Shown here piece by piece: positions 1-13,382 of a DNA stretch of 64,000 bases (position 1 is the first letter of the stretch; each line of letters begins with the position of its first letter). The notes under the pieces were generated by a model. It searched no databases. It had not been told where the DNA came from and saw only the letters and a list, made by a program, of their open reading frames with translations. The DNA is taken from positions 256,432,001-256,496,000 of the forward strand of contig NC_088792.1 of NCBI RefSeq assembly GCF_011386835.1, in the 5' to 3' direction. The position numbers and the translations under genes were made by a program. The DNA is from Chrysemys picta bellii. Lineage: Eukaryota.

Positions 1-340
1 ATCTGGCCCAGGTTTAATAGTGTCCAACAATCATTGCAATGTAGTGGCCTGACTGAATGAGTTGAAGGTCTCAATCCACTTCCTAGTCGATTTGAAACAA
101 AACAAAAAACACACACACCACAAATGGTACTAACTGGCATCTTTCCTGGCAGTGTCAAAAGGAAGGTCACAGACTGAATGGGCATGGGAACTGATCAGCC
201 TTCTCACCCTGGAGGTGGTCCTTCCAGGGCAGAGGTGAAATAGCATGCACTGCTACTGTCCCTGTTCAGTGGATAAAGTACATCCATGTATAGGTGTCAA
301 TCCATCACCTTTCATGAAATTCATTCCAATTTTAATAAAA
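1..340 (+). mobile_element. LF-SINE copy (5'-truncated by window edge)
   Basis: Collinear blocks match the LF-SINE body and tail as I recall them: gtggcctgactgaatgagttg..tctcaatccacttcctagt, gactgaatgggcatgg, ctcaccctggaggtggtccttccagg, ctgttcagtggataaa, gtcaatccatcacctttcatg, then an A-rich end. Confidence 0.75.
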
Positions 341-1736
341 ACAAACAACAAACAAGCTGCTAAAGCAATTTATTATAAAGAGTTTTAGCAAGGGACTCCG
401 CTTCTGCTAAAAAAAAAGCAGGATTTTTCATCATGCCAAGTCATATCTTGAAACAGAACATATATATATATACACACATACATATTATAACTTGATTGAT
501 ATATTAATATAATAGCATTAGTTAAGAGCTCAACGGAGTTATTCTCGATTTGCACGAATGTATCTGAGATCAGAATTTTGGACAGTTTCTTGTCTCAAAA
601 ATATCTGTTTTGTCTGTGCCTTCTTTTTCTTAAAGAAACTGATGAAAACTTAATACTGATTTGTCATGTATAACTGTGCAGTGGAATCAGATTTCTCTTT
701 CCAGTTTCATCACTATTTCCAAACGGGGATTTTAAAAGATTGGAAAAAAATTAAAAACTTAGTAGAGAATCAGTTTTTATCATCAAAGTCAGCAGGAGCT
801 CTCTTACTAGTGTGCAAACTGCGCCCCGCACTGGTCCCCTGCTTTGGAGGAACTCTATGAATAAATTAAATTTCTAGAGACTGCCAGCTTTGTAATCCTG
901 GCCTACTGCTCTTGGAAAAACAGCTCGTCCTCCCTAGTTGCATCATTTTAGTCATTTTAGGGCTTCATTTTATTTCTCTTGCAGACCAATGAAGAATCGG
1001 GGGGGGGGGAGGCCAGGGCCTCAGAAACCCCAAGCTATGCCTCCTGATCAGCAGTAGGTACAAAATAGAAGTAAAAACAAAAAGATCTATTTGGAATGCA
1101 TTCTGCTTATGGAGCATCACTGTATAATATAGGTGTTTGCATCCTAACAGGCAAAGATAATATTAATACCATCAGCAAATTGGATAATACAAATGGAGGA
1201 TCAATCTATTTTGGTCAATAAATTAGGTTTCTACTTTTTATTATAGTGTCTTTGCATGCTTTTTGCAGAAATGTTGCTACTGAATCATATTGAGCAATCA
1301 AACTTTAATCTAAACAATGAAACCATCATATTTTTTTTACTTTGGGTTTAAAAATGCATGAAAATGGAAAAAGAAAAAAAATATAGGGAACATGATCTTT
1401 GTGGGCAAAAGTGAAAACATTGTTACCAACAAAACCTTCCTAAGCAGCCTGTTTGGAACTGGAAAGACCATTTGGAAAGATCTAATCAAAGTGATTTTCT
1501 GCAGATATCTCACAGGTGATCAGGATAAAACCCCACAGCTTCAGCACTTCAAATATTTATCATATACATGTTTGCCTGAATCATGATAAGGGTGAGGTTT
1601 GGGACTTATGGACACTGAGATACGATGTCACCTGAGACATCCATCTGATTCTGATTGCAGACAGAAAGGAAATGCCTTGTAGAGGCCAGGAGAGAGAGGC
1701 AGGGGAAGGGGGAGTAAGGGATAGTAGGAATGGACA

Positions 1737-2440
1737 NNNNNNNNNNNNNNNNNNNNNNNNNNNNNNNNNNNNNNNNNNNNNNNNNNNNNNNNNNNNNNNN
1801 NNNNNNNNNNNNNNNNNNNNNNNNNNNNNNNNNNNNNNNNNNNNNNNNNNNNNNNNNNNNNNNNNNNNNNNNNNNNNNNNNNNNNNNNNNNNNNNNNNNN
1901 NNNNNNNNNNNNNNNNNNNNNNNNNNNNNNNNNNNNNNNNNNNNNNNNNNNNNNNNNNNNNNNNNNNNNNNNNNNNNNNNNNNNNNNNNNNNNNNNNNNN
2001 NNNNNNNNNNNNNNNNNNNNNNNNNNNNNNNNNNNNNNNNNNNNNNNNNNNNNNNNNNNNNNNNNNNNNNNNNNNNNNNNNNNNNNNNNNNNNNNNNNNN
2101 NNNNNNNNNNNNNNNNNNNNNNNNNNNNNNNNNNNNNNNNNNNNNNNNNNNNNNNNNNNNNNNNNNNNNNNNNNNNNNNNNNNNNNNNNNNNNNNNNNNN
2201 NGCAANNNNNNNNNNNNNNNNNNNNNNNNNNNNNNNNNNNNNNNNNNNNNNNNNNNNNNNNNNNNNNNNNNNNNNNNNNNNNNNNNNNNNNNNNNNNNNN
2301 NNNNNNNNNNNNNNNNNNNNNNNNNNNNNNNNNNNNNNNNNNNNNNNNNNNNNNNNNNNNNNNNNNNNNNNNNNNNNNNNNNNNNNNNNNNNNNNNNNNN
2401 NNNNNNNNNNNNNNNNNNNNNNNNNNNNNNNNNNNNNNNN
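1737..2440. other. N run (assembly gap or masking) with a 4-nt island gcaa at 2202-2205
   Basis: Seen directly. ORFs in the track that cross it are artefacts. Confidence 0.98.
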
Positions 2441-5400
2441 ATTATATGTACTAGTAATCTCTTTTTATCACATATTTAGATTATATCATCCCCCTCTTAA
2501 CCATCCTGAAGTAGTCTTTAAACAATGTACTCGGTGTCATAGGCTCTTTTTTAGTATACTCATGCAAGCCAAAGTTAGTAGGGTATATTTAGACTTTGTC
2601 TACAATGGAATTTTTTTTAAGTGCCAATGCATCTTAAAAATATAAAAGTTTATCTTTTTACACTCGTCACACAGTTAGCCCTGACTTCATAGGATTCACT
2701 TTACATTTAGAAATGTTGTGTCCATCTCATTTGTAACATATAGTTTTTGTTATTTTGATACAGTTTGTGTGGATCCTACTTACATTATGAGAAAACTCAG
2801 CTGTATTACATAGAAGGCTGGCATTACACTTTGAATATCAAGAGCTAACGGAAAGGATGCTACCCACCCCCTTCTCCCAAAATATTACCAGAACCTAAAT
2901 ATTCCACTCTTTTTGCTTCTTTAATACAAAAGTCACATTCCTCATTTCCTTGACCCCAGGAAGCAGCAGCATTCGGCAAGACTGAGAGATGTTTTTTTTA
3001 ATGCCTCAGCTAAGCTACAACATATCTAGCATTCCATGTCCATATGCTAGAAATCAGCAATTTATGCTGTTGTAGAAGGTAATGTTGACATTCACAGTTA
3101 ACAGAGGGGAGGAGAAGTTGCTACAATTGACATTGACTACAAATGGAAATTTAGCTGTTTTGAAATCTTTGTCATTATTAAACAGATCTGTTCCATTTTA
3201 AACATACTATAAGAATGAACTGCAAAAAAATGAGACACAGGCAGGCACATACCACAGCAAAAAAATGAAACAGCAAAACAATGATATTTTTGGAGACATC
3301 TGCTTCAGTTACAAAACAATGATTTTAATAACTGATGGGCCATCTCAGCATAAAATACCAGCATTTGTGAGGAAATCAGTGTAGCTAATAAGTAACTAAA
3401 ATGTCAGTATTCTATGTTGTTTTCAGGCAATAAGCTGAACCACAGAGAAATGGCTCAGTCACTATGTTAGTAATTTAAGAAAAGCAGCAAAAGAGAACAA
3501 AGAATTTACGGTCGCTTTCAAATGACTGAGCATTATAAGGCATTGTTAAACTTGCAGATATTAGTGCTTACATTACAATATAGACAGTGCAATTTTTACC
3601 AAATGGTGTTGTTTTAACGATTTATTTTGGAGTGAATATTCTTATGTTCACATATAGTTATAATAGCTGCTTAGCTGAATACTTAAAACCAAATTAAAAA
3701 GAAATGAATTAAAAACTTGAAAATATAGCTTTAGCAAATGCCTGTAAACTATGAATAAAACAATTTCAATTACTTTTTCCACATACATCTATCATCTAAA
3801 TATGTAAATTAAAAGCTATAGTTTCAAAGTGCCTGAGAATTAATTTCCGGTTGTGTAACACTTTCTGAGAACAGAATTTAGCTTTATTTTCTACCAAATG
3901 TTGAAATTCTAAATATAACACAGAGTGTATCTGAAGTGCATATAACTACAGAACTCCCTCATCTAGGGTGAAATCCTGGCTCCACTGAAGTCAATAGCAA
4001 AACTGAATTGACTCCGATAGTGCCAGGATTTACCTATAAAATAGATATAGGACGTAATCCAGTTTGCACTAAAGTAATTGTCTGAATTCTCATTTACTTC
4101 ACTGGAAGTAGGATTATTTTCATAAAAAGCTGAATTGTAAACTTAAAGCATTTACATTATTATATACATATATAAAAGCATTAGACACTCAAAACATGTT
4201 ATATTTATTAAACAATAAAAATAAAGCACAGATAATCTTTAATTACAATTTACTTATTACCATGCTGGTTTTAGTGTAAAATACTTCTTTTGTGTATTTT
4301 CATTCTGTTGTTAAGACTTAAAAATGTAATAACATGCTATAATAGGAATTATTAAAATAGTTGTAGACCAGTAAATATTCAATCAAATTTTACATATGAG
4401 GGTATTAGTAAAGAAGGCTGAATTTTAGTATCATGCAAATAGGACTTGTCACACAGAAAAACTAAGAAATTCTTCCATTGCTGCAGAAAGAAAAATTCTT
4501 CCAATAATACTGCTGTTTATGGTTGGTATACACCAGTTGACGGAGTGAAAATGTGTAAGGAATGAAAATGAAGACTGTTTCTTGGAGCAAGCAGTGGCTG
4601 CAGCTGATCTCCCAACCATAGGCTGCCCCTTGTTCTAAATGTTAAACTGAAGACTTCTAGATTTCCTTCTGGCCTGTATTTATATTGATCTGACCGTGCA
4701 GTTTCCCAAGAGATGGCCGGTGGTCTACAACCATAAGCCACCAAATGCTCCTCCCCAGGACAGAAGCCTAAAGCAGACACAAACTAAATGGTTGAAGTCT
4801 ACCAGTCTAGATTTCACAGTCTTGAGTGAACACAATCCCAAAATACCTAACTGGAAGAAATTTAATTGCCAATTGGTTGCAGATATTCCCTGCAAGAAGT
4901 ATCTTGAAAATGTCCAATAAATAAAATATCATAAGTAACTGCAATATCAACTTAAATAATGATATAGAAAGGAAAACACATTACATTAGTAAACACAAAC
5001 ATACATCAAGTAACACAAGAAATTCAATAAATGATCATTCTGCTCCAGCAGGTAGGAGGGTAGGTGAGTGCTATAGAACTAAAGGCGAGCCAAACGGGCT
5101 TCTTCTGTAGCCTCTCTTAAGAGGGGAGAGCCTCCCAGCTTCACCAGCCAATCTTAGGGCCCAGAGGGCAACCAACACAAAATTGGGCTAGGATTAGTTG
5201 ATGGATGTGTGGGCACCAAGAATTCTCTCTGGCCAGTGACAACAAGGGCAAGATGGCCTTGCTGCCTTGAAATAGGGGAGCGGCCTGGCGAGATGGAATA
5301 TTATCATCTATTTTAGTTTCAGTCTGATTTGGACCCCTATTTTATTACTTATGCAAAAAGGAGTCTCTCAAAATGTACCCCTTTAAGCTACTTATGATGA

Positions 5401-6269
5401 GTACCCCCTCTACTTATGGTGAGCTATTCTGAACATCATAAAACAATATTTTTGCCAACAGTTACCACACATCTGTATGTGAAGTAACACAAATTTTCCC
5501 TAAATGCAGAAGGAAAAATAAATTGCAGATACTAGAGTGTGTTCAATGTGATTTTTTTTAATAGTTAACATTGTATCTCACAATTATAGAGCCCAGAAGC
5601 TTTCTTCCCTTTTTTCAATCTGCAGTGAGAAGGAATAAAGTGTATCTAATTCTAAACCCCTTAGTTCTACCAAAGATAGCATATATAGTCTATAAAAGAC
5701 ATTCAATGAATGCCAGAATATCTCTTAAGGAGACGGAGGAGATGAGCAGTAAAATGTTGAATTGACTTGGAAGGTACAACTGGTTTTCATAACAAAAACT
5801 GGGACAAAACTACAAAGGCCTTGCCCAGACTGGAAATAAACTAGACCTCTCTGTGGTAGAAGTTATAGTGTGGACAGGATGTAGGCATTTTTACCACTGT
5901 GTCAGCTAATCCTACACACTAGTGGAGTTGAACTGCTGCAGGAAAATACTTACAAATTTTCCCAGTTTAAATACATTCACAAATGTGGTTTTTTTGCATG
6001 AAAAAAACACACACTCAAACAATCTTTTGCAAATTTTTTTGTGCAGAGAGGACATGCATGATTTATTAGAACCAGAAAAGCTGTCTGCTTTATGTATTCT
6101 CCTCAAAATTCTAGTATTTGTTGAGAGCCGAATACAAAAAATAAGACGCCACAATCCTTGACCAAAGGAACGATATAACTTGGCCATGAAAGAACAATTA
6201 AAAATGTAAAATACATTAGCGGATGATAGAAAATTGAAGTGCATAAATTGTGCAGTGCTGGTTGAGGCG

Positions 6270-6530
6270 CTTTCCAGAGGATTATTTCAAGGAGGTCTTG
6301 AAGATGGAATGGGAGGTTGCTTGGCACACAAGAAGAGGGAGACCTTTCCAACCTTAAGGGGCAACATGGAAGAAGACACCAAGATGATGACACAGATATC
6401 AAGAATGATTATGTCAGGTTTCTACTACCCTGAGGAAGAGAGATGGGCTCTGACAGGGTCACTGACTCTTTTGTGTAGGTGAAACCAATGAACTGGCTAT
6501 GGAGGGGTTCCTTGTAGATTCCACATTTGT
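6270..6530 (-). mobile_element. Possible old L2-clade LINE 3' fragment
   Basis: Purine-rich stretch (gaagatggaatgggaggttgcttggc..gagacctttccaacc..agggcaacatgg) resembling reverse-strand L2 3' ends; no protein motif recovered. Confidence 0.3.
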
Positions 6531-9500
6531 GTAACTTTCTTGTTTGTTTACAGACATGTTTAAAAAATGAAGCGAAAACCAGTAAAGGAAAACTTTCCAT
6601 TCAAGATTTGCTGAGAGGCAGAATGAAGAGTAGAGAGAGAGAAGCCAGAGCCACAGACCACTATGGAATTGCCAAAATTTGACAAATCACAAATGGTCTC
6701 TCTGCATAGCTGAGAGTGCACGAGGAGCCCAAACTGTCTGAATCTGAGGCATCTAATGAGCAGAAACAAAGTGATTTCAAAATATTAACACAGGAAAATC
6801 AAATTCTCCAAAGCTACTCAGAGCATTTCCTCTGGGTCATTGTAGCTCAAAACAAAAGTAAAGCTAAAGCCTACTCAGAACTGAACATATTTTTTATTTT
6901 TCCATTTGAAACGTGGGATTATTTCCTGCAGGCATTTGGAAGGAGAGTGTATGCAGGACCTTGGTTGCCAGTAAAAATTCCAATTTTGGAAGCCATTATC
7001 AGTCAGCATGAAAATGGGTCCAGTTCTATGGAAATTAGCTCATTACTATTATTTTTTTTTGCTGGCAACTGTACAATTTGTGCTTTTTGAATTTTGAAAA
7101 GCAGGACATGAATTGCAAAGAAAAAACGAGTTAGTTAATTACTGAGGAATCCAAACCTATGTCTAGAATAACATAGACATCCAGCTGAACCTCAGGCCAT
7201 ATTCTCTCCTAGATCCCCATGTGTAGCTCCAGCTCCTGTCAAACACAGAAGCACTGAGTAAAAAAATTAGCATACAAAAATATTAGCCATTGATATGTTG
7301 ATACTCTAATGATCATGATTAATAGCTGAAATCTATCAGCATCACATAGTAAACAGTGACTGCTGTAGAAAACAAGTTAAATATTCACTCTGAATTGTGA
7401 TCATGTTTCATTCTCTTCACTTTGTTTTGTATAGGATTGACCAACAACTCCACTACTGTTTCTTTAACAGGGTGCTTACTTATGGAGGTCTAGCTTGTTA
7501 CCTCATCAAAATACAGTATTTTCAACTGCAGTATATTGAATATTTAATGGTTTAATTAAATAAATGAAGGCTATGCTCTCCTTCTGATTGATCCCAAGGT
7601 GTGATACTTAGTAGAATAAAACATAAAGATGAATTAAATACATTGTAGTAAATTTTAACTGCGTAATTCCAAGGATAATAATATTGCTAAAAATATTATT
7701 CCCTCAAGAGCAAGAAGTCATTTACCTTTAGCTCTAGCTTTCAGCTTGGTCCTATATAAGCATTCAGTTATAATTTATTATAATGGTATTCTTTACTTAT
7801 ATTTTTCAAACACAGATCATCTAGATTAAAAAGTATACACTTGTTTAACTAAATCACATTTATTTTACACTATATTCTTATAACCTAAAATTTAAAAAAA
7901 AACAGAAAGGCAACTTGCCATGATGCTCAAGGCAACATCTTTGATGAAAGGGTTGTTGTGGTTCGATAGGGTACAATGAAATGACAGGTATGAGTGGCAA
8001 TTTATCATGCTCACCCTTAAAAATTCAGTATATGCTTATATGAGCATATTTGCAAACATATTTAATGTTTAAGCAACTCACCTTTGCGACTGTTAGCTGA
8101 CCTAACAAAAACATAACAAATTCAATCTTAGATTTTAGGTATGTGATTTTTCACATTTGTGTGATCTTTACATTACCAATCATATATTGAAACTATTGAA
8201 TTGTAAACATGTTGCAGTAATACTAGGCCATATTTTTAGAAAAGTTAGATACCTAATTTGGGTAGGTATTTTCTCTGATTGCATGAGCATATTTGTGTGC
8301 CTAACTTGCAGCTACAAATGATTACATCTTAGATCAGCAATTTAGCTTTGGCCATAATTAAGTTCATGTGCTAATTTAACTAATGACTTTATTCCTGCAA
8401 ACAGCTCCATTCAGGTACACGGGTTTGCCTATGCAGAGCTCTTTGCAGGATTGTGTTCTAAATTATGCACGTATTTTGCATACTAACTTGTTTGAAAATG
8501 TGTCCAACATCGGATATAAATTAGGAGTTTTACCTGAGAAAGGACTGCAGGGTTGGGACCCAAAAATCCTGAGCAACTTTCATTGATTGTTTTTCTTTAT
8601 GCCTTACATTTCCTTAAATCCTTATTTATGCAAACAACACACAGGTAGTGTACCCATATTTAAATAACAGAACAATAAACAGCAAAGAATAATGCAGTTG
8701 GGCAAAGCAGAAACTCATGAGGCAGAAAATACTATACTGGCAAGCTTGCTGTTGTACACATTTTAAATTCCTCTAGTTTTATTGGAAAATAAAAAGTGCT
8801 TGATATACAAATGCATTAAGCACTAGATTGTATGTGATTCAAGTACTTTGATTTATAAACAAATGCTTTATGATTTGCGCTAATAATCTTTATGCAACTA
8901 GTCAACATTGTATTTGAAAAATATTATTCTGAAAGAAAGATTAATATATTAGCTTTAAAAATAGATATTTACATGTTTGCCTCCTGTGTTCATTAAAGTA
9001 TATATTTTCATACAGAAAATAGTAATGAAAAATTCTGTTTAAAGCACAAATCCTAAGCAATTCATTTTCCATTTTAGCAGCAGAGTTTCAGTGATCACTG
9101 TGAGCTTTATTATTGCTTTATTTCCAGGAATTATTAGATCTTTCTTAAATTGTTCTATTGCAAATTTTAAACATATGATATTTTATATTACAATATTTAA
9201 TAGAAAGCTGAGAATTGCAAGATAGTTTACAAGTGGAACTAGTATTACACTTCTTGTAACATCTTTCCATTAAAAACTTAACAAGCTGGATTAATTGCTT
9301 CATGATAGATGGTCCTTTTAAAAACTTGTTATTTTCCATGCAACATAACATAAATATCTTATAATATATCAGTATTAGTCTGTTTTGAAATATCTATTTT
9401 CTCCCCCAAAATATAGAGTAGATACACATGCTGCATTCTAATGCTCTATTTTATACCATAATAGCTTCGCAAATCAAGGAACTTTAAGGTACTAACACAA

Positions 9501-10379
9501 ATGCATTTGCAGTATGTATGAACAATAAAACAGACTGATTCTGGGAGCCCAATACTTTTATAATAAACTTGTAGATTGTAAAAATATATATATACAAATC
9601 ACATTATAGTAATAACACATTATTTTGTCACTCAGATGCTATTTTGATGGGTACCAATATAGAAACTTTGATAGAAATCCCTGAAATGAGTGATCAAAAT
9701 TTAAATATTATACAGATTTTCTAATTCTAGATGAAATTCGTACTGAAAGCAAAGATAGTTAGCATGTATTAATTTTCAAAACTATATATTTGTATTTAAA
9801 AATTAAAAGATGTAGTAGTATTGTGTAGATTTATATTCAGATGACCTATTTATTATTAACAACTAATTGTGAATATTAATTAGGTTATTCATCTGTTTCA
9901 CATCTATCTACACGTATCTTCAAAAAAAGTATATTAACATCTCAGACTAAAAACCTGGCACAGAAATTATACTCAGCATGTTTTTGAAAATATATTTTAC
10001 ACTTAATATTTGTATTATTCAGTGAATATGAGAATTAAGTTATTTCTGCAGCAAATGTAATTAGGATATTATTCAGTTAGAATGGACTACATTCAGTAAG
10101 AAATAAGATTTTTGCAGCTGTTGTTTGCTAGTACTAGGAAGTTGTTGCTTCTTAGGACTGAAGCAAATCCTGAGGAGACAAAAATGTCTTTACCTTGAAC
10201 AGAAAATTATATTTTCAGTTTTCTGCATCTACTTATGCAGATTGTCTAGATCTTTTGCATCTAGCTGTCACCTCTACCTTGCATATGTGATGATGAAAAT
10301 GGCCATCAGTTGATGACATCAAATGGACTTCACTAAAACCCTGATTCATCAAAAGCACTTTAGCAAGGGCCTGATTCAG

Positions 10380-11440
10380 ATTCTATTCTATATTGGTTCT
10401 TATATCACGCTCATCATCATAGTATCTGAGCACCTTCCAGTATTGTATTAAGCAACTTGACTGCACATTCGTCATGTGTTATTTGTTCTCTCAACCTCTC
10501 TCTACAGGGAGAAGCAAAATGTGCCTTGCACTTGTAGCAGTGATATCTGTGATGGTCCTTATTTCCTGTGGGAATTCATTCCACAGTCTCAGGTTTAAAA
10601 CAAACAAAAGAAAGTATTTTTTCACACAACACACAGTCAATCTGTGGAACTCCTTACCAGAGGATGTTGTGAAGGCCAAGACTATAACAGGATTCAAAAA
10701 AGAACTAGATAAATTCATGGAGGATAGGTCCATCAATGGCTATTAGCCAGGATGGGCAGGGATAGTGTCCCTAGCCTCTGTTTGCCAGAAGCTGGAATGG
10801 GTGACAAGGAATGGATCACTTGATGATTACCTGTTCTGTTCATTCCTTCTGGGGCACCTGCCACTGGCCACTATCGGAAGACAGGATACTGGTCCAGATG
10901 GACTTTGGTCTGACCCAGTATGGCCATTCTTATGTTCTTATGTTCAGGCTGGCTCTCAAGAAAGCACTGTCTCCCTTATTGTAGGGAGTTCTGTTGTGCC
11001 AGAAAAGTATTACTTGTCAACCATGATCTTCATCCTGGAGTTTTACATGGTCTTTTAGATATCCTGGGTCCAAGCCATGGAGTGCCTTGAAGTTAAAGAC
11101 TGAGGCCTTAAAGCTGATTAGAAATCCTATGGGAAGCCAGCGTACACATTTGATCACAGTAGCCTGAGTTGTGAGGAGGCACCCTGCAACTTCTGTACTA
11201 GTTGAGGGTTTCGTTAACACTGAAAGTTTCATGTCCAGTATACTGCATTGCTTGTAGTTGAACCAAGAGGAGACAGGCCATGAATAACTGAGGCCAGGTC
11301 ATCTTCTGCCAGGATGGGACAGAGTCTCCTAGCCAACCGGAGATGATAGAAAGCATTACTCATGAATGCTGCTATGTGAGAGCTTAGCATCTGTGAGGAA
11401 TCCAAGAGTACTCCTAAACCATGGACTGAATTGACCAATT
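10380..11440 (-). mobile_element. L2-clade LINE 3' part (RT C-terminus and tail), interrupted by a CR1 insertion at 10591-10945
   Basis: Minus-strand peptides GLGVLLDSSQMLSSHI..AFYHLRLARRLCPIL..DLASVIH (11229-11438) and WLPI..FKASVFNFKALHGLDPGYLKD (11017-11232) are typical of L2 ORF2 C-termini; the tail ends in a tagaa-type repeat at ~10380. Confidence 0.8.
10591..10945 (+). mobile_element. CR1 LINE 3' end (5'-truncated), nested in the L2 copy
   Basis: [51 protein letters not shown]-stop, then the CR1 3' UTR ending (ttctatg-like) ttcttatgttcttatgttc; agg at both junctions. Confidence 0.95.
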
Positions 11441-12282
11441 GTGGTGTGGACCTTAAGATAAAGGAGATTGCACCGTGTTTGGAAACCCTTCAAAATGCTT
11501 TCCTGTGCTCACCACCATCCACCTGTGTCTCACTCGAATTCAGCTCCAGCCAGCTGTTCTTAAAAAAATCCATTGAAAACTCATTGAAGCCAATGAAAAC
11601 ATGCCCATTGACTTGTGGGATTTTGGATCAGGCCCTATGTGCATAACTTTAAGCACATAAACAGTCTTATTGACTTCAGTGGTATTGGTCACATGCTGGA
11701 AGTTATGCACATGCTTTGCTAGATAACTAAGTTCCAAATGATCAGCATCTTGCAAGATTGAGTCCTAAATGCTATGCTAGATCAGGATCTAAGTATCCAC
11801 TGAAGTCCATTGAAGGAGAGCTGGATTCTCTTGAACTAACTGCCCAAATTAGCTGTGGACATTATTAAAGCAGTAAGAAGAATTATAATATTAAAAATGT
11901 ACACCATGTAGAAAAAAAGGTAGTTAGTGCACCATTTGGTGATTTCCTGGAGGCATGCAATTAGAAACACTGATCTGGAAGTTAAGTAATAGAACTTGGA
12001 CCTTAATTTTAAGAAATATTTTTAAAGTAAAATGATACTTAAACAGAAACATGGAATAAAAATATATTTTAATGGCACATGGTTCATTTTTTGATCCTCC
12101 TTTATTAGGCTCGTGGAGTGTTAAGGCAGAGAAATTTAGCCTTAATTCTCTACCCATGATGCCTTCAGTAGGAAGTATCAGTATTATGTGCCAGCAATCA
12201 TGGCTGGCTCCAGGCACCAGCGTAGCAAGCATTGGCCTCATTACCACTACAAAAGTGATTTTTCCTCTCTTGGTATTCTACT

Positions 12283-12486
12283 GTGAGAATAGCCCACTTC
12301 CAGTTTAATTGAATTGTCCTCGTTAGCACTGACCCTCCCATCTTTTCATGTACTGTGTATATATACCTGCCTACCTGTATTTTCCACTCCATGCATCTGA
12401 TGAAGTGGGTTTTAGCCCACGAAAGCTTATGCCCAAATAAATTTATTAGTCTCTAAGGTGCCACAAGTACTCCTCATTGTTTTTGC
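12283..12486 (+). mobile_element. Penelope-like element (PLE) 3' end/pseudo-LTR with hammerhead motif
   Basis: Shares gttagtctctaaggtgccacaagtactcct with the end of the GIY-YIG element at 22.9 kb; near-identical to 40491-40750. Confidence 0.85.
12393..12432 (+). ncRNA. Minimal type I hammerhead ribozyme motif
   Basis: GCAU-CUGAUGA-A-GUGGG(uuuuag)CCCAC-GAAA-GC-UU-AUGC: helix I GCAU/AUGC, helix II 5 bp, palindromic helix III. Activity untested. Confidence 0.7.
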
Positions 12487-13382
12487 AGAAAAAAGAAGAT
12501 ATTTTCATGGCCTGCATGAGTTTCCTACTGAATAGCTTGGCCTAATACTAAACAGGAAGCCATTTCCAATACCCTTACATGGCAAATAAGATTATGCAGC
12601 ATTTCTGCTTGATAAAGCTCATGTTAAAATAGAAGTTTTCTCTGTTTGATAAGTTGTCCTTCTTCCATGAGAGAACACTTAAATAGAACCCTTGGAAAAG
12701 ACAGAAGTAAACAACAGAGTATATTTTTATAGTACACAATATTTCATAAACTATGGAATTTGTTAAAATAAATGGTATTTTGAATAATACAACTTCTAAA
12801 ATTTTGAAGCATTAAATAATTTGCATCTTGGATTTATCATTAATAAATATATAAATCATAAATCATTTATTCATACAGTGTAATGTAGCAGTTTATTACA
12901 TACTGTTGTGAATTTTGTAATCAGGGAATCCCCTGATGAAAAAATAGCACAATATTAATTACCAGCACCATCTGTGCTAAACAATAGGGAAAACAATATT
13001 TTTAATACAATGACTTCATGCATGTCAGTTATCGTTCAACATTAAACACTGCAGTTTTGTTGATGTAGTTTACCTGTCTACTCATTTAAATAACTGATGT
13101 TCTTACAAAGGTTAAAACTATGAATAAATGAATTACAATGATATATAAGGAAATATACTAATAGGTCCTACATGGATCTAGCTTCATTCATCAATTATGT
13201 GTGTATGCATAGATGTATATACACACACACACATTTACTGTGCCACCTGCCAATCAGTCATGTTAGTTTGTTGTAGCTTTGTTCAGGGTTTCTGTCTTTT
13301 TGAAGTTAAAAGTACTGTAGTCATTGGATCCTCACAACAGAAATGTGAAAGCATTTGAGAGAGCATGTGTGATTATAAAATA

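Noticed and set aside
1606-2479. Long ORFs in the track (199-260 aa)
   Set aside because: Artefacts of translating through N runs; the same applies at 63259-63940.
4517-4767. Minus-strand acceptor (tctgctttAG at 4769-68) followed by an 83-codon open frame GFCPGEEHLV..GVYQP*
   Set aside because: I recognise no protein family and find no partner exons; an ORF of this length plus an AG is expected by chance in 64 kb. A TBLASTN or RNA-seq check would settle it.
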